A stretch of 24,000 nucleotides of DNA from Nitrosomonas sp. sh817 (GCF_030908545.1 NZ_CP133083.1:2031691-2055690); one strand, 5' to 3'; positions 1-10,274 are shown, counted from the stretch's first letter. Notes: a model not told the origin generated them from the sequence alone. Numbers and translations are program-made.

Positions 1-944
1 TCGAAAATGCGCGCATAATCCGGCGTATCCTCGCCGATCGCTTGCGGCACGGTCTGCGCCAGCGCGATGCGATGCAACAACGCGGCCAGATCCTGCAATG
101 CCAGATCGAACGACAGGCATTGCGCTTCCATTTCATCCGCCAGCGTCAATAGTTGCACGCCATTCTTTTGCGCCAACGCTTCCAGCAGGTCGAACAAGTA
201 ACCCTGATCGATGATGCCGAGCATGTCGCGCACGCCGGTTTCGGCAATTGCTCCTTCGCCGAAAGCAATCGCCTGATCCAGCAAACTGAGGGCATCGCGC
301 ATGCTGCCTTGCGCGGCGCGGGCGATTAATTGCAACGAAACGTCATCCGCCGGAACGTTTTCCTGCTGCAGGATGTTTTTGAGATGCCCGGCTATTTGCG
401 CTTGCGGAATTTGCTTCAGGTTGAATTGCAAGCAGCGGGACAGCACCGTTACCGGAATTTTCTGCGGATCGGTCGTGGCCAGCACAAATTTGACATGCGC
501 CGGGGGTTCTTCCAGGGTTTTCAGCATGGCATTGAACGCCGACTTCGACAGCATGTGCACTTCGTCGATGATGTAGATCTTGTAACGCCCGCCGGTCGGC
601 GCGTACAAAGCATTTTCCAGCAATTCGCGCATGTTATCGACTTGCGTATTGGAGGCCGCGTCCAATTCGATCAAGTCGATGAAACTGCCGCTGTCGATTT
701 GAAGGCAAGCCGGACAGACGCCGCACGGTGACGCGGTGACGCCGGTTTCACAATTGAGCGACTTGGCTAGAATGCGGGCGATGGTGGTTTTGCCGACGCC
801 GCGAGTGCCGGTGAACAAATACGCGTGATGCAAGCGGTTTTGCTCCAGCGCGTTGGTCAAGGCTCTGACAACATGTTCCTGCCCTGTCAATTCGGAAAAC
901 TTTTTGGGGCGCCACTTGCGCGCAAGGACTTGTGTTTGCGACAC
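1..944 (-). CDS. dnaX: DNA polymerase III subunit gamma/tau, N-terminal part (3' end lies beyond the left edge)
   Basis: Minus-strand translation from GTG at 944-942 reads VSQTQVLARKWRPKKFSELTGQEHVVRALTNALEQNRLHHAYLFTGTRGVGKTTIARILAKSLNCETGVTASPCGVCPACLQIDSGSFIDLIELDAASNTQVDNMRELLENALYAPTGGRYKIYIIDEVHMLS...LSRCLQF. It has Walker A (GVGKTT), zinc-module cysteines, Walker B (DEVHML) and the SRC sensor. A TGA lies 11 codons upstream in frame. The ORF has no stop in the window, so it is missing from the track. Confidence 0.9.
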   Translation of the reverse strand, partial: MSQTQVLARKWRPKKFSELTGQEHVVRALTNALEQNRLHHAYLFTGTRGVGKTTIARILAKSLNCETGVTASPCGVCPACLQIDSGSFIDLIELDAASNTQVDNMRELLENALYAPTGGRYKIYIIDEVHMLSKSAFNAMLKTLEEPPAHVKFVLATTDPQKIPVTVLSRCLQFNLKQIPQAQIAGHLKNILQQENVPADDVSLQLIARAAQGSMRDALSLLDQAIAFGEGAIAETGVRDMLGIIDQGYLFDLLEALAQKNGVQLLTLADEMEAQCLSFDLALQDLAALLHRIALAQTVPQAIGEDTPDYARIF

Positions 945-1018
945 GTTACCGTATGGAGAAAGCGAAAACAGTCTTCAATATCAGAAAAATACCGGAAAGG
1001 CCGATCCCGGCTGGTGTT

Positions 1019-1118
1019 GGGCGGCGAGCCAGATCCCCGGCACTCGCGATAAATAGCTGTGGCTGCTTCCTTCCGGACCTGACCAGGTTCACTACCTCAC
1101 GATGCGGGGTGGCCCGCC
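1019..1118 (-). ncRNA. ffs: Signal recognition particle RNA (4.5S-type)
   Basis: The reverse complement reads GGCGGGCCACCCCGCAUCGUGAGGUAGUGAACCUGGUCAGGUCCGGAAGGAAGCAGCCACAGCUAUUUAUCGCGAGUGCCGGGGAUCUGGCUCGCCGCCC. It contains the near-invariant domain IV core GGUCAGGUCCGGAAGGAAGCAGCC. The 5' GGCGGGCCA pairs with the 3' UGGCUCGCC, and CCCCG pairs with CGGGG. ffs directly upstream of dnaX on the same strand is a known synteny (e.g. scr-dnaX in Bacillus). The ends are approximate, within about 5 nt. Confidence 0.8.
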
Positions 1119-1262
1119 ATAAAACTAAAAAGTTGCGGAAGTATACCAGTAGATGAGGGATTACTCCATTCTCAGTCGATGCGGCATTTACTGCGCATCA
1201 AAAAATAATTCAAATCCAAATCCGCTGGAACCGTTAAGCTAATTTTATCCGGATTTACAGCT

Positions 1263-2390
1263 ATGTTTCATCACCACGATTTACTCACCGATCTTGATAA
1301 GGCGTTGCCGGTCAAAGATAAAATCATCAGTGCGCATCGTTCCATCCAGCAGCGGTTTGCGTTTATTTCCCGTATCGCGATTGCGTTGTACGATCCGGAA
1401 ACACGCATTCTCAAAACCTATCTCGACAGCAGCGGCAACGATAAACCGTTGGCGAATTATCAAGCGGCGCTCGATGACGCACCCTCGCTGAAAGAAATTC
1501 TGGCCCGGGGACTGCCGCGCGTTGTCAATAATTTGGTCACTTTTGAGAATGGCGCGCATGTGCATACTCAGCGAATCGGTCGCTCCGGCTATGCCGCCAG
1601 CTATACGATGCCGATTTTTCATGCCGGGGAATTCGTCGGTTTCTTATTCTTTAATTCACATGAAAGCGATGTATTCACCGAGAATGTCTTGAGCATCCTC
1701 GATATTTACGGGCATTTAATTGCGCTCATGATCATCAATGAACTGACCACGCTTAAAGTCATGGGCGCCGCGTTAAAAACCACCAGCGGCATTACCCATG
1801 TCCGCGATCCGGAAACCGGCAGCCACCTGGACCGGATGTCGCGTTACAGCCGCCTGATAGCCGCCGAGCTTGCCGGGCAATATGATCTGGACGATGCCTA
1901 CATCGAGCATATTTTCATGTTCTCCCCGTTGCACGATATCGGGAAAATTTCGATACCCGACAGCATTTTGCTGAAACCGGGCCAGCTCGATGCCAATGAA
2001 CGATCGATCATGAATACGCATGCGCAAAAAGGCAGGCGGATGATTGACGATATCGTGATGAACTTCGGTTTCGAAAGTATCGATCACATCGACATATTGA
2101 GAAATATCGCGGAATTTCACCATGAAGCGATGAATGGCAGCGGCTATCCTACCGGGAAAAAAGGGCGGGAAATTCCATTGGAAGCGCGGATCGTCGCAGT
2201 CGCCGATGTTTTCGACGCGCTCACTTCGCAACGCCCTTACAAGGAAGCCTGGAGTAATCAACGAGCATTCGACATGCTGAAGCAAATGGCCGGGACAAAA
2301 CTTGATTCGGATTGCGTTAATGCATTGATTAAAAATGAAGAATCAATCATATTGATTCAACAGCAATTTAAAGAAAATATTTACGGCTGA
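1263..2390 (+). CDS. GAF domain / HD-GYP domain protein (putative c-di-GMP phosphodiesterase)
   Basis: 375-aa ORF. The C-terminal half carries HD-GYP hallmarks (PLHDIGKISIP, HHEAMNGSGYP, ADVFDALTSQRPYK). The N-terminal ~160 aa look GAF-like (IAIALYDPETRILKTY...GFLFFNS). Confidence 0.88.
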   Translation: MFHHHDLLTDLDKALPVKDKIISAHRSIQQRFAFISRIAIALYDPETRILKTYLDSSGNDKPLANYQAALDDAPSLKEILARGLPRVVNNLVTFENGAHVHTQRIGRSGYAASYTMPIFHAGEFVGFLFFNSHESDVFTENVLSILDIYGHLIALMIINELTTLKVMGAALKTTSGITHVRDPETGSHLDRMSRYSRLIAAELAGQYDLDDAYIEHIFMFSPLHDIGKISIPDSILLKPGQLDANERSIMNTHAQKGRRMIDDIVMNFGFESIDHIDILRNIAEFHHEAMNGSGYPTGKKGREIPLEARIVAVADVFDALTSQRPYKEAWSNQRAFDMLKQMAGTKLDSDCVNALIKNEESIILIQQQFKENIYG

Positions 2391-2476
2391 TAGCACAATT
2401 CCGGGCGCTCCCGCATCGCCATTCTTCCTCTGATGCCGCCCGGCCACTTCTTCACTTCAAAACGCTGTTTCTCTAT

Positions 2477-2619
2477 GGAAATGCTGATTAATTCAACGAA
2501 TGAGATGAAGCGCGAGGCGCACGGAACGCAGCAACCGAGACATATCAATAAGATAGACGAGGATGCGAGTACCGCGTAACGAAGTGATTCGCTCATGCAG
2601 TCAATTAATCAGCATTTCC
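2477..2619. mobile_element. 143-bp non-coding MITE related to the IS5-family element at 20699-21893
   Basis: GGAAATGCTGATTAATT at 2477-2493 has its perfect reverse complement at 2603-2619. CTAT flanks both sides (2473-2476 and 2620-2623). The termini differ at 1 of 17 positions from the IS5 element terminus GGAAACGCTGATTAATT (20699-20715). No plausible coding capacity. Confidence 0.7.
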
Positions 2620-2728
2620 CTATATAATCGGCAAGCGTCCCGGCTTAATGTCATTCCGGCTTGTTGAATAGCATTCGATAAGACGCGTCGAGCCGGTTCA
2701 AGCAATAACCCAGATAAAGGAGATACCG

Positions 2729-4723
2729 ATGACATCCACGTTGCTGGCAGGTCCAATCGTTCGCCGAGTCACTAAAAATCGCGTGTGCGTGTGGCTGGCG
2801 ACAAGCCATCCGGTTAATCTTAAATTAGAAATTTTGAATGAAGACCGGCAAGTTCTTGCTTCAAGCAATCCCGCAGACTTGAAATTGCAACGCATAACCG
2901 CCGGAAAGAATCTGCATATCTACCTTCTGCAAGCACGCCCGGCTGAAAATAGCTTCCCGGTTGATCGTTTACTCAGTTACCGGATCGTCGAATTGAAAAA
3001 CGATACCGAGCAGAACTGGGATCTTCGCGCATCGGGATTGACTTACGGCGATCAAGAATATCCCACTTTTTTTATCCCCGATCAATTATCACAAGTGCTT
3101 TATGGTAGTTGCCGGAAACCGCATCATTACCGTAAACCCCGAGATGCGGAGCACGCGGATGCACTAGGTTTCGCAGATGATTTATTGAACGCGCATCATC
3201 GCGATTTGCGCCAACGTCCGGGTATTTTGCTGCTGGGCGGCGATCAGATTTATGCCGACGACGTAGGCATTTCACTATTTGCCATGCTGCGCCAGGAAGC
3301 AATCCGGTTAACCGGTCATCCGGAACTGTTGCCTTTGCCCGGCGGCGCCACATTTGATCCAACCAAAATCTCCATCGGAAACCGCAAGTCAATTCTGAAG
3401 GAACACAACACCGGCTTTACTTCCGATCTATCCCATAACCATCTCTTGAGTTTCGGCGAATTTGCCGCGATGTATCTCTATGTTTTCGGCAATCATGATG
3501 ACTGGCAGCCAGTTTTTGACTGGGAGAACCTTAAGTCCTTGGGACTTGAGAATGCAGACAAAGCGCGCGATGTTTTTACGCATGAGCATAAGTCCTTATG
3601 CCTGTTTCACGAAAACCTGAAGAAAGTCAGGCGAATAATGGCAAATGTTTCAACTTACATGATCTTTGACGATCATGAAGTCACCGATGATTGGAATATC
3701 ACGGGCGCTTGGCACGAAAAAGTACGGAATTCTGTATTGGGACGGCGAATCGTCAGCAATGCGCTGGCGGCGTATTGGCTATTCCAGGGATGGGGCAACG
3801 ATCCGGACAATTTCGACAAGGATTTTATTTATTCCATTTCGAAGCATCTCAGCAACGAACAAATTCGGGCCGATGACGCCGACCGTTTCGATCTTTTCAC
3901 CTGGAAACATCGCCTCTGGGGTTTTTCCATACCGACCAATCCACCAGTTATCGCCATTGATTGCCGTACCCAGCGGCAACCGGATCATGGTTATCATGAC
4001 CATCATCCGCCTCGGTTGATGGATCGATACGCGTTAGACTGGTTACGCGTTGAGTGGGTCAAGCTTAAAAGCGATCTCGATCTCGCAACGGATGTTTGTC
4101 CTATTATCATGACGGCGATACCGGTCATGGGATTCACTGCGGTTGCAACCGCAAAGCAACTGGCGGTTTGGTTAGCCGGCAAGCTGGAAGGATGGCAGCC
4201 GATCTATTTTATTGAGAAACTGTTGAAGCAAGAAGGTGTTATTACCGGATGGGTTGTCGAAAAACTGGACGTTGAAGCCACCAATAAAGATGGTTACGCC
4301 GCTTTTCTCAGCACATTAACCGATGCGATGAGCATCCGGCGCTGTGTATTTTTGTCCGGCGATGTGCATCATTCATTCGCGGCTACCGGCTGGTTCAAAC
4401 TGTCTGGCAAACGTCTGGATTGCTATCAATTCACCAGTTCCGCGCTGTGCAACAAATTACATGACCAGGGCGAAAAGCTGCTGGAAATCGGCAACAAGCA
4501 AACCAAGCCTTTCAGCCGGCGCGGTTTTATCAATTGGTCTTACTGGCGCTCCGGAATGGAGTTGCTGATCGCGCAAAACCGGGCATGCCGCGTGACCGCG
4601 CAATGTAACCTCGGATTGGTCAGATTCGATCGTGGCGCCCCGGAAAAAAATATACTGCTTACCGGCGAAGACAGTACCGCATGGCCCGCTTATGAGCTGC
4701 CGAAATTTCCGCCTTCCGATTAA
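2729..4723 (+). CDS. PhoD-like metallophosphatase (alkaline phosphatase D family), no signal peptide seen
   Basis: 664-aa ORF with a good SD (AAGGAG) upstream. Metallophosphatase/PhoD motifs: YGSCRK, GGDQIYADD, FDDHEVTDDWN, LSGDVHHSF. The N-terminus GPIVRRVTKNRVCVWLATS resembles the PhoD N-terminal beta-sandwich. No Tat or Sec leader is visible. Confidence 0.75.
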   Translation: MTSTLLAGPIVRRVTKNRVCVWLATSHPVNLKLEILNEDRQVLASSNPADLKLQRITAGKNLHIYLLQARPAENSFPVDRLLSYRIVELKNDTEQNWDLRASGLTYGDQEYPTFFIPDQLSQVLYGSCRKPHHYRKPRDAEHADALGFADDLLNAHHRDLRQRPGILLLGGDQIYADDVGISLFAMLRQEAIRLTGHPELLPLPGGATFDPTKISIGNRKSILKEHNTGFTSDLSHNHLLSFGEFAAMYLYVFGNHDDWQPVFDWENLKSLGLENADKARDVFTHEHKSLCLFHENLKKVRRIMANVSTYMIFDDHEVTDDWNITGAWHEKVRNSVLGRRIVSNALAAYWLFQGWGNDPDNFDKDFIYSISKHLSNEQIRADDADRFDLFTWKHRLWGFSIPTNPPVIAIDCRTQRQPDHGYHDHHPPRLMDRYALDWLRVEWVKLKSDLDLATDVCPIIMTAIPVMGFTAVATAKQLAVWLAGKLEGWQPIYFIEKLLKQEGVITGWVVEKLDVEATNKDGYAAFLSTLTDAMSIRRCVFLSGDVHHSFAATGWFKLSGKRLDCYQFTSSALCNKLHDQGEKLLEIGNKQTKPFSRRGFINWSYWRSGMELLIAQNRACRVTAQCNLGLVRFDRGAPEKNILLTGEDSTAWPAYELPKFPPSD

Positions 4724-4814
4724 TTAATTTCGGGCAGGCGTCTATTCTGCGCTTAATGTCACCCGAAATCAGCGAAAGAAAAACAATAGCCCGCATGACC
4801 TTCAGTGTTTCTCA

Positions 4815-6254
4815 ATGACGAGTAAAGGCAAGCAAACATTATCCACTTGGATCCGGCCAAGCGATGCTTCGGCATGGGTAGCTTGCGCCAGGCGGGTGTG
4901 GTTTGATCAACATCAACCAACCGCACACGAACCCGATGATTTCAATCGAATGCTCAGCACCCTGGGTCTCGAACACGAAGCTGCAATTCTCGCAAAACTG
5001 GAAAGCCAATACCCGGTGACTACGGCGACTTCCTTTGAACACACCCAAACTTTAATTCAGCAAGGCGTGCCGGTCATTTACCAGGGACAATTGAAAAACG
5101 AACAATTAGGCCTGGCCGGTTATCCTGATTTTCTGATCCGGCATGAAAGCGGTCATTATCAACCTGCCGATGCCAAGCTTTCATCCAGCGAAAACAAGAA
5201 AGCCATCCAAATTCAACTCGGCATTTACCGGCGGTTATTAGCAAATAAGTTGCCGGCGATGGTTTTTCTGGGGGACGGCCGTACCGCAACGCTTGGCGAT
5301 GAGGTTGACGCTGTGGTCGATGAATTCATTGCCAGCATGCGGGCAATCCTTGATTTGCCGCAGCCGCCATCGGTTCGATACAGTCATAGCAAGTGCCGCA
5401 TCTGCCCGTATATTGACAACTGTCTCCCGGAATTTGAATCATCAGAAGACATTTCATTATTGTATGGTATCCATGGCAAGGCAGCCGATCATTTGGCCGA
5501 ATCAGGGATCAGTACCATTTCTCAGCTCGCGGCCAGCTCAGCCGAATTGCTTCCCGACGCGCCTTATCTCAAGGGTTACAAACGAAAACATCGCGCTATC
5601 CTACAGGCCAAATCCCATCTGACCGGAGAAGTGTTTCAGCTTGCTCGAACCGCGCTTCCTGAAGGCGCCTGGATTCATTTCGACATCGAAGATAATCCGT
5701 TAACGCCCAACCGTGAACGTCATGTGTATCTTTGGGGGTTTCTACTGCCGGATTACGATACCGGGAGTTTTGATTATGTGTGGACGGATGATGAATCCCG
5801 TGATTTTGACGGCTGGCTGGGTTTCCTGAAAAAGATTGAAGCGTATCGGTCCAAATTTCCATCCATGATACTGACGCACTATTCTAATCATGAAAAAGCC
5901 ACGATCCGCAAATATGCCGAACGCTATGCGATGGAAACGCATGCCACGGTTGCCTGGTTACTCGGCCAGGACAGCCCGTTATTCGATATACAGAATCCGG
6001 TGCTGGATTGTTTGGTGTTGCCACTGCAAGGATACGGACTTAAAGATATTTGCAAGCATCCGGCATTGGTTAACTTCCAATGGCAGAATCAGGAGTCAGG
6101 ATCTCAATGGTCGGTGGTGCAGTTCCACCGCTTCCGCGCAGAAAAAAATGAAACTGAGCGGGAGCGGCTAAAAACAGAAATTTTGAGATATAACCGGGAT
6201 GACGTGATTGCAACCAGAAAACTGGAAATGTGGCTTAGAAACTTGTTTCGTTGA
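4815..6254 (+). CDS. TM0106-family RecB-like nuclease: Cas4-like PD-(D/E)XK + Fe-S cysteines fused to an RNase H-fold (DEDDy-like) exonuclease domain
   Basis: 479-aa ORF. N-terminal half: GYPDFLIRH...ADAKLS (D...D-x-K), QIQLGIYRRLL (QxxxY), and an early Cys (WVACARR) plus CRICPYIDNC (CxxCx5C). C-terminal half: WIHFDIEDNPL (D-x-E), ILTHYSNHEK, YNRDDVIATRKL (Yx3D). The family call is from memory of TIGR03491-type proteins. Confidence 0.72.
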   Translation: MTSKGKQTLSTWIRPSDASAWVACARRVWFDQHQPTAHEPDDFNRMLSTLGLEHEAAILAKLESQYPVTTATSFEHTQTLIQQGVPVIYQGQLKNEQLGLAGYPDFLIRHESGHYQPADAKLSSSENKKAIQIQLGIYRRLLANKLPAMVFLGDGRTATLGDEVDAVVDEFIASMRAILDLPQPPSVRYSHSKCRICPYIDNCLPEFESSEDISLLYGIHGKAADHLAESGISTISQLAASSAELLPDAPYLKGYKRKHRAILQAKSHLTGEVFQLARTALPEGAWIHFDIEDNPLTPNRERHVYLWGFLLPDYDTGSFDYVWTDDESRDFDGWLGFLKKIEAYRSKFPSMILTHYSNHEKATIRKYAERYAMETHATVAWLLGQDSPLFDIQNPVLDCLVLPLQGYGLKDICKHPALVNFQWQNQESGSQWSVVQFHRFRAEKNETERERLKTEILRYNRDDVIATRKLEMWLRNLFR

Positions 6255-6356
6255 TTGGCGGCGGGAAATCGAACCACAAACTGCCGCCACCCACCGCACT
6301 GGCGTTTAAAAAATCAATCGACTTGAGTAGTAGCTTGTCATTGAATTCCAATATCA

Positions 6357-6650
6357 CTACCTAAAAGAAACCATTTCCAAGCTATCATTCGGTAATAATT
6401 TTTCCAAATGAGGAAAAGCTTTTTCATGAATTTCTTGCAAGGTATAAATCTCTTGCAGCACATCCAATGGAAACCCCTGTCTGCTATGATCTCTTTCGAC
6501 CACGAGCAGCTTGTTGATATACGAATAGAATTCCTTATACCCCCAATGCAATTCAATCATCCCAGCCACTCTTTGATATTGGGTATCGAGTAACGATTCT
6601 TTATCACCTAAATGAATCTTGAATTCCTTAATTGAATTTTTTAAAGACAT
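6357..6650 (-). CDS. Small hypothetical protein (97 aa) in an AT-rich patch
   Basis: Clean ORF, the longest in the 6.26-6.82 kb AT-rich intergenic block. It includes HWGYKEFYSYINKLLVVERDHSRQGFPLDVLQEI, which resembles small conserved proteobacterial proteins of unknown function. No function can be assigned. Confidence 0.5.
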   Translation of the reverse strand: MSLKNSIKEFKIHLGDKESLLDTQYQRVAGMIELHWGYKEFYSYINKLLVVERDHSRQGFPLDVLQEIYTLQEIHEKAFPHLEKLLPNDSLEMVSFR

Positions 6651-6804
6651 TTTGATCTTCCTTTCTATAAATCAACGTAATATACCAATCCTTCAAAGCC
6701 AGAAAAGTCTGACGGCTTTATTTGTTTTCCTATTACGGACGGATTGCAATAAAATTCAGCCATTCTCGTATAACCGCAACAATTTCCGGCACAATCTCAA
6801 ATAA

Positions 6805-8028
<1,224 letters not shown>

Positions 8029-8053
8029 GGAAAGTGCACGACCGAAATGCAAG

Positions 8054-8668
8054 TTAAAGGTGGATATTAATCTCATCCAGCATGGTTCGGAAATTTCGAT
8101 AATCGATCGCGATCGGATATATCGCTTCACTCCGCATCAATCGTAAGGATGGATACGAATCGACGCCCATGCTTCGCGATAACTGGATTTGCAGCTGTAA
8201 TTCGTTCTCGACATCCGTGCTGACCAAATCCACTTTGAAAGTGTCGGCATCGAGACCGATCACTTCGGCGCACTCCACTAATATTTCCAGTAATGCGGGA
8301 TTTTTTGCCTTTTGGTAATAAGCATCTTGAATCGCACGGATCATTTTCAGATCCGCATCCGCGCTTTGTCTTTTTGCCGCAATAACTGCCCGGCAAGCCG
8401 GATAGGTTGAGCGGATCGGCCTATTGCGCGACCAGAATTCCCAGTTAAACCGGATGCCGGGTATCGTTTGTTCGATTCTTTGCCATGCTTGTTGAATACT
8501 CTGCTGAACTGTGAGCGGCATCGGTGCTGTTGTATCGGAAGCCAAACCGCCCAGCAAATAAACAACCTTAACTTCACCTGATAGATTGTTCTGTAACAAC
8601 GACCATGCTTCACTAAATGCATAGCACCAACTGCACATCGGATCATGAATATAATATAAACGAGTCAT
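8054..8668 (-). CDS. DsbA-family thioredoxin-fold protein (CxxC)
   Basis: MTRLYYIHDPMCSWCYAF contains a CSWC active-site motif at the typical N-terminal position. The track starts at a TTG (8686); I prefer the ATG at 8668, but the start is uncertain. Confidence 0.78.
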   Translation of the reverse strand: MTRLYYIHDPMCSWCYAFSEAWSLLQNNLSGEVKVVYLLGGLASDTTAPMPLTVQQSIQQAWQRIEQTIPGIRFNWEFWSRNRPIRSTYPACRAVIAAKRQSADADLKMIRAIQDAYYQKAKNPALLEILVECAEVIGLDADTFKVDLVSTDVENELQLQIQLSRSMGVDSYPSLRLMRSEAIYPIAIDYRNFRTMLDEINIHL

Positions 8669-8873
8669 TGCGCTTTTACGTAACAATTTTTACCATTTTG
8701 GATACCGGTTCTTTCCGCCATAATCTGCAAGAATAATTAATCCATACAGTTTATACACGCTCGTTAGCGCTTTGCTGTAGGCCCTCTGCGAAGCAACAAC
8801 TGGTTTTCTATAAGAGAAATGTGTAAAATTATGCGCTTTTTCCATTCAATAATCTTAATGGATTTTTAATTTC

Positions 8874-10103
8874 GTGGCTTTTTACGTACAAAAATATGGC
8901 GGCACTTCGGTCGGAAGTACCGAGAGAATAAAAAATGTAGCTCGTCGGGTTGCGAAGTTCCATTCACAGGGACATCGACTCGTTGTTGTCGTATCGGCAA
9001 TGAGCGGTGAAACCAACCGGTTAATTGCTTTAGCGCATGAAGTACAGGAAAATCCCAGCCCGCGTGAGCTGGATGTCATGATCTCGACAGGTGAGCAGGT
9101 TTCAATTGCACTCTTGGCAATGGCGCTCATGGAACTGAATGTAAAAGCCAAAAGTTACACCGGCTCTCAAGTCAGGATATTAACCGATAGCACATTCACC
9201 AAAGCGCGCATTTTGAGCATAGACGAAGACAAAATTCGAGCGGATTTAGATGCCGGATATGTCGTAGTTGTTGCCGGATTCCAGGGCGTCGATGAAAAAG
9301 GCAGTATTACTACTTTAGGGCGCGGTGGTTCAGATACGACCGGCGTTGCGCTTGCGGCTGCGCTTAAAGCCGATGAATGCCAGATTTATACCGATGTCGA
9401 TGGAATTTATACTACCGATCCCCGTGTAGTTGCCGAAGCCAGAAGATTAAACACCATTACTTTCGAAGAGATGCTGGAAATGGCAAGCCTGGGTTCGAAA
9501 GTATTACAGCTTAGATCAGTCGAGTTTGCCGGAAAATATAAAGTCAAACTCAGAGTTTTATCCAGTTTTGAAGAAGACGGGCATGGTACGCTGATCACAT
9601 TTGAGGAAGATGAAAATATGGAGCAAGCGGTTATTTCAGGTATTGCATTCAATCGTGATGAGGCAAAAATTACAGTTTTGGGCGTGCCAGACCATCCTGG
9701 CATTGCATATCAGATCCTTGGGCCTGTCGCTGATGCCAATATTGATGTCGACATGATTATTCAGAATGTCGGGCACGATGGCCTGACGGATTTCTCTTTC
9801 ACCGTTCACCGCAATGAGTTTAAAAACACGATGAATATCCTGAAAGAGCAGATTCAACCGCATATTGGTGCCCGTGACGTGCTCGGAGGTGATAGAATTG
9901 CCAAGGTTTCAGTAGTTGGCGTTGGTATGCGCTCGCATGCGGGAATTGCCAGTAAAATGTTCCGCGTATTAGCGGAAGAAGGCATTAACATCCAGATGAT
10001 TGCAACTTCCGAAATTAAAATATCAGTTATCGTAGACGAAAAATATATGGAATTGGCTGTGCGGGTTCTGCATAAGGCATTCGACCTTGAACAAGCACTA
10101 TAA
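8874..10103 (+). CDS. lysC: Aspartate kinase
   Basis: 409 aa with a GTG start. VQKYGGTSVG, VVVVSAMSGETNRL, TLGRGGSDTT and two C-terminal ACT-like repeats. Classical monofunctional aspartokinase. Confidence 0.95.
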   Translation: MAFYVQKYGGTSVGSTERIKNVARRVAKFHSQGHRLVVVVSAMSGETNRLIALAHEVQENPSPRELDVMISTGEQVSIALLAMALMELNVKAKSYTGSQVRILTDSTFTKARILSIDEDKIRADLDAGYVVVVAGFQGVDEKGSITTLGRGGSDTTGVALAAALKADECQIYTDVDGIYTTDPRVVAEARRLNTITFEEMLEMASLGSKVLQLRSVEFAGKYKVKLRVLSSFEEDGHGTLITFEEDENMEQAVISGIAFNRDEAKITVLGVPDHPGIAYQILGPVADANIDVDMIIQNVGHDGLTDFSFTVHRNEFKNTMNILKEQIQPHIGARDVLGGDRIAKVSVVGVGMRSHAGIASKMFRVLAEEGINIQMIATSEIKISVIVDEKYMELAVRVLHKAFDLEQAL

Positions 10104-10144
10104 ACACCAATCAGCGCATTAAGAAACGAAAAGAATCATCAATC

Positions 10145-10237
10145 GGAGAGATGGCCGAGTGGTCGAAGGCGCTCCCCTGCTAAGGGAGTATAGGCTCAAA
10201 AAGCTTATCGAGGGTTCGAATCCCTCTCTCTCCGCCA
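10145..10237 (+). tRNA. tRNA-Ser (anticodon GCU), encoded CCA
   Basis: GGAGAGATGGCCGAGTGGTcGAAGGC... with acceptor GGAGAGA/TCTCTCC, anticodon loop CUGCUAA (GCU), a long variable arm, T-arm GAGGGTTCGAATCCCTC, discriminator G and CCA. Confidence 0.93.
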
Positions 10238-10274
10238 CAGATGCACCAATAGATACCTAGCAACACCAAAGAAA

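Noticed and set aside
825-1156. Three overlapping 67-75-aa plus-strand ORFs
   Set aside because: They overlap the dnaX 5' end and the SRP RNA on the opposite strand. Both of those are strongly supported, so the ORFs are explained away.
1773-2285. 170-aa minus-strand ORF opposite the HD-GYP gene
   Set aside because: It is antisense to a gene with unambiguous HD-GYP motifs, and nothing independently supports it.
2381-2596. 71-aa minus-strand ORF (MSESLRYAVLASSS...)
   Set aside because: It runs through most of the MITE, including one terminal repeat, has no SD and is Cys-rich and low-complexity. It is most likely fortuitous.
4724-4814. Hairpin ATTTCGGG...CCCGAAAT between the PhoD-like and RecB-like genes, considered as a terminator
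   Set aside because: The loop is 27 nt with no U-tract, so this is not a convincing intrinsic terminator. Whether the two genes are co-transcribed is left open.
8687-8873. Possible lysine riboswitch or leader upstream of lysC
   Set aside because: I could not recognise the conserved L-box core elements or a convincing terminator/antiterminator pair. The region is also the divergent promoter region for the DsbA-like gene. An Infernal scan would be needed to settle it.
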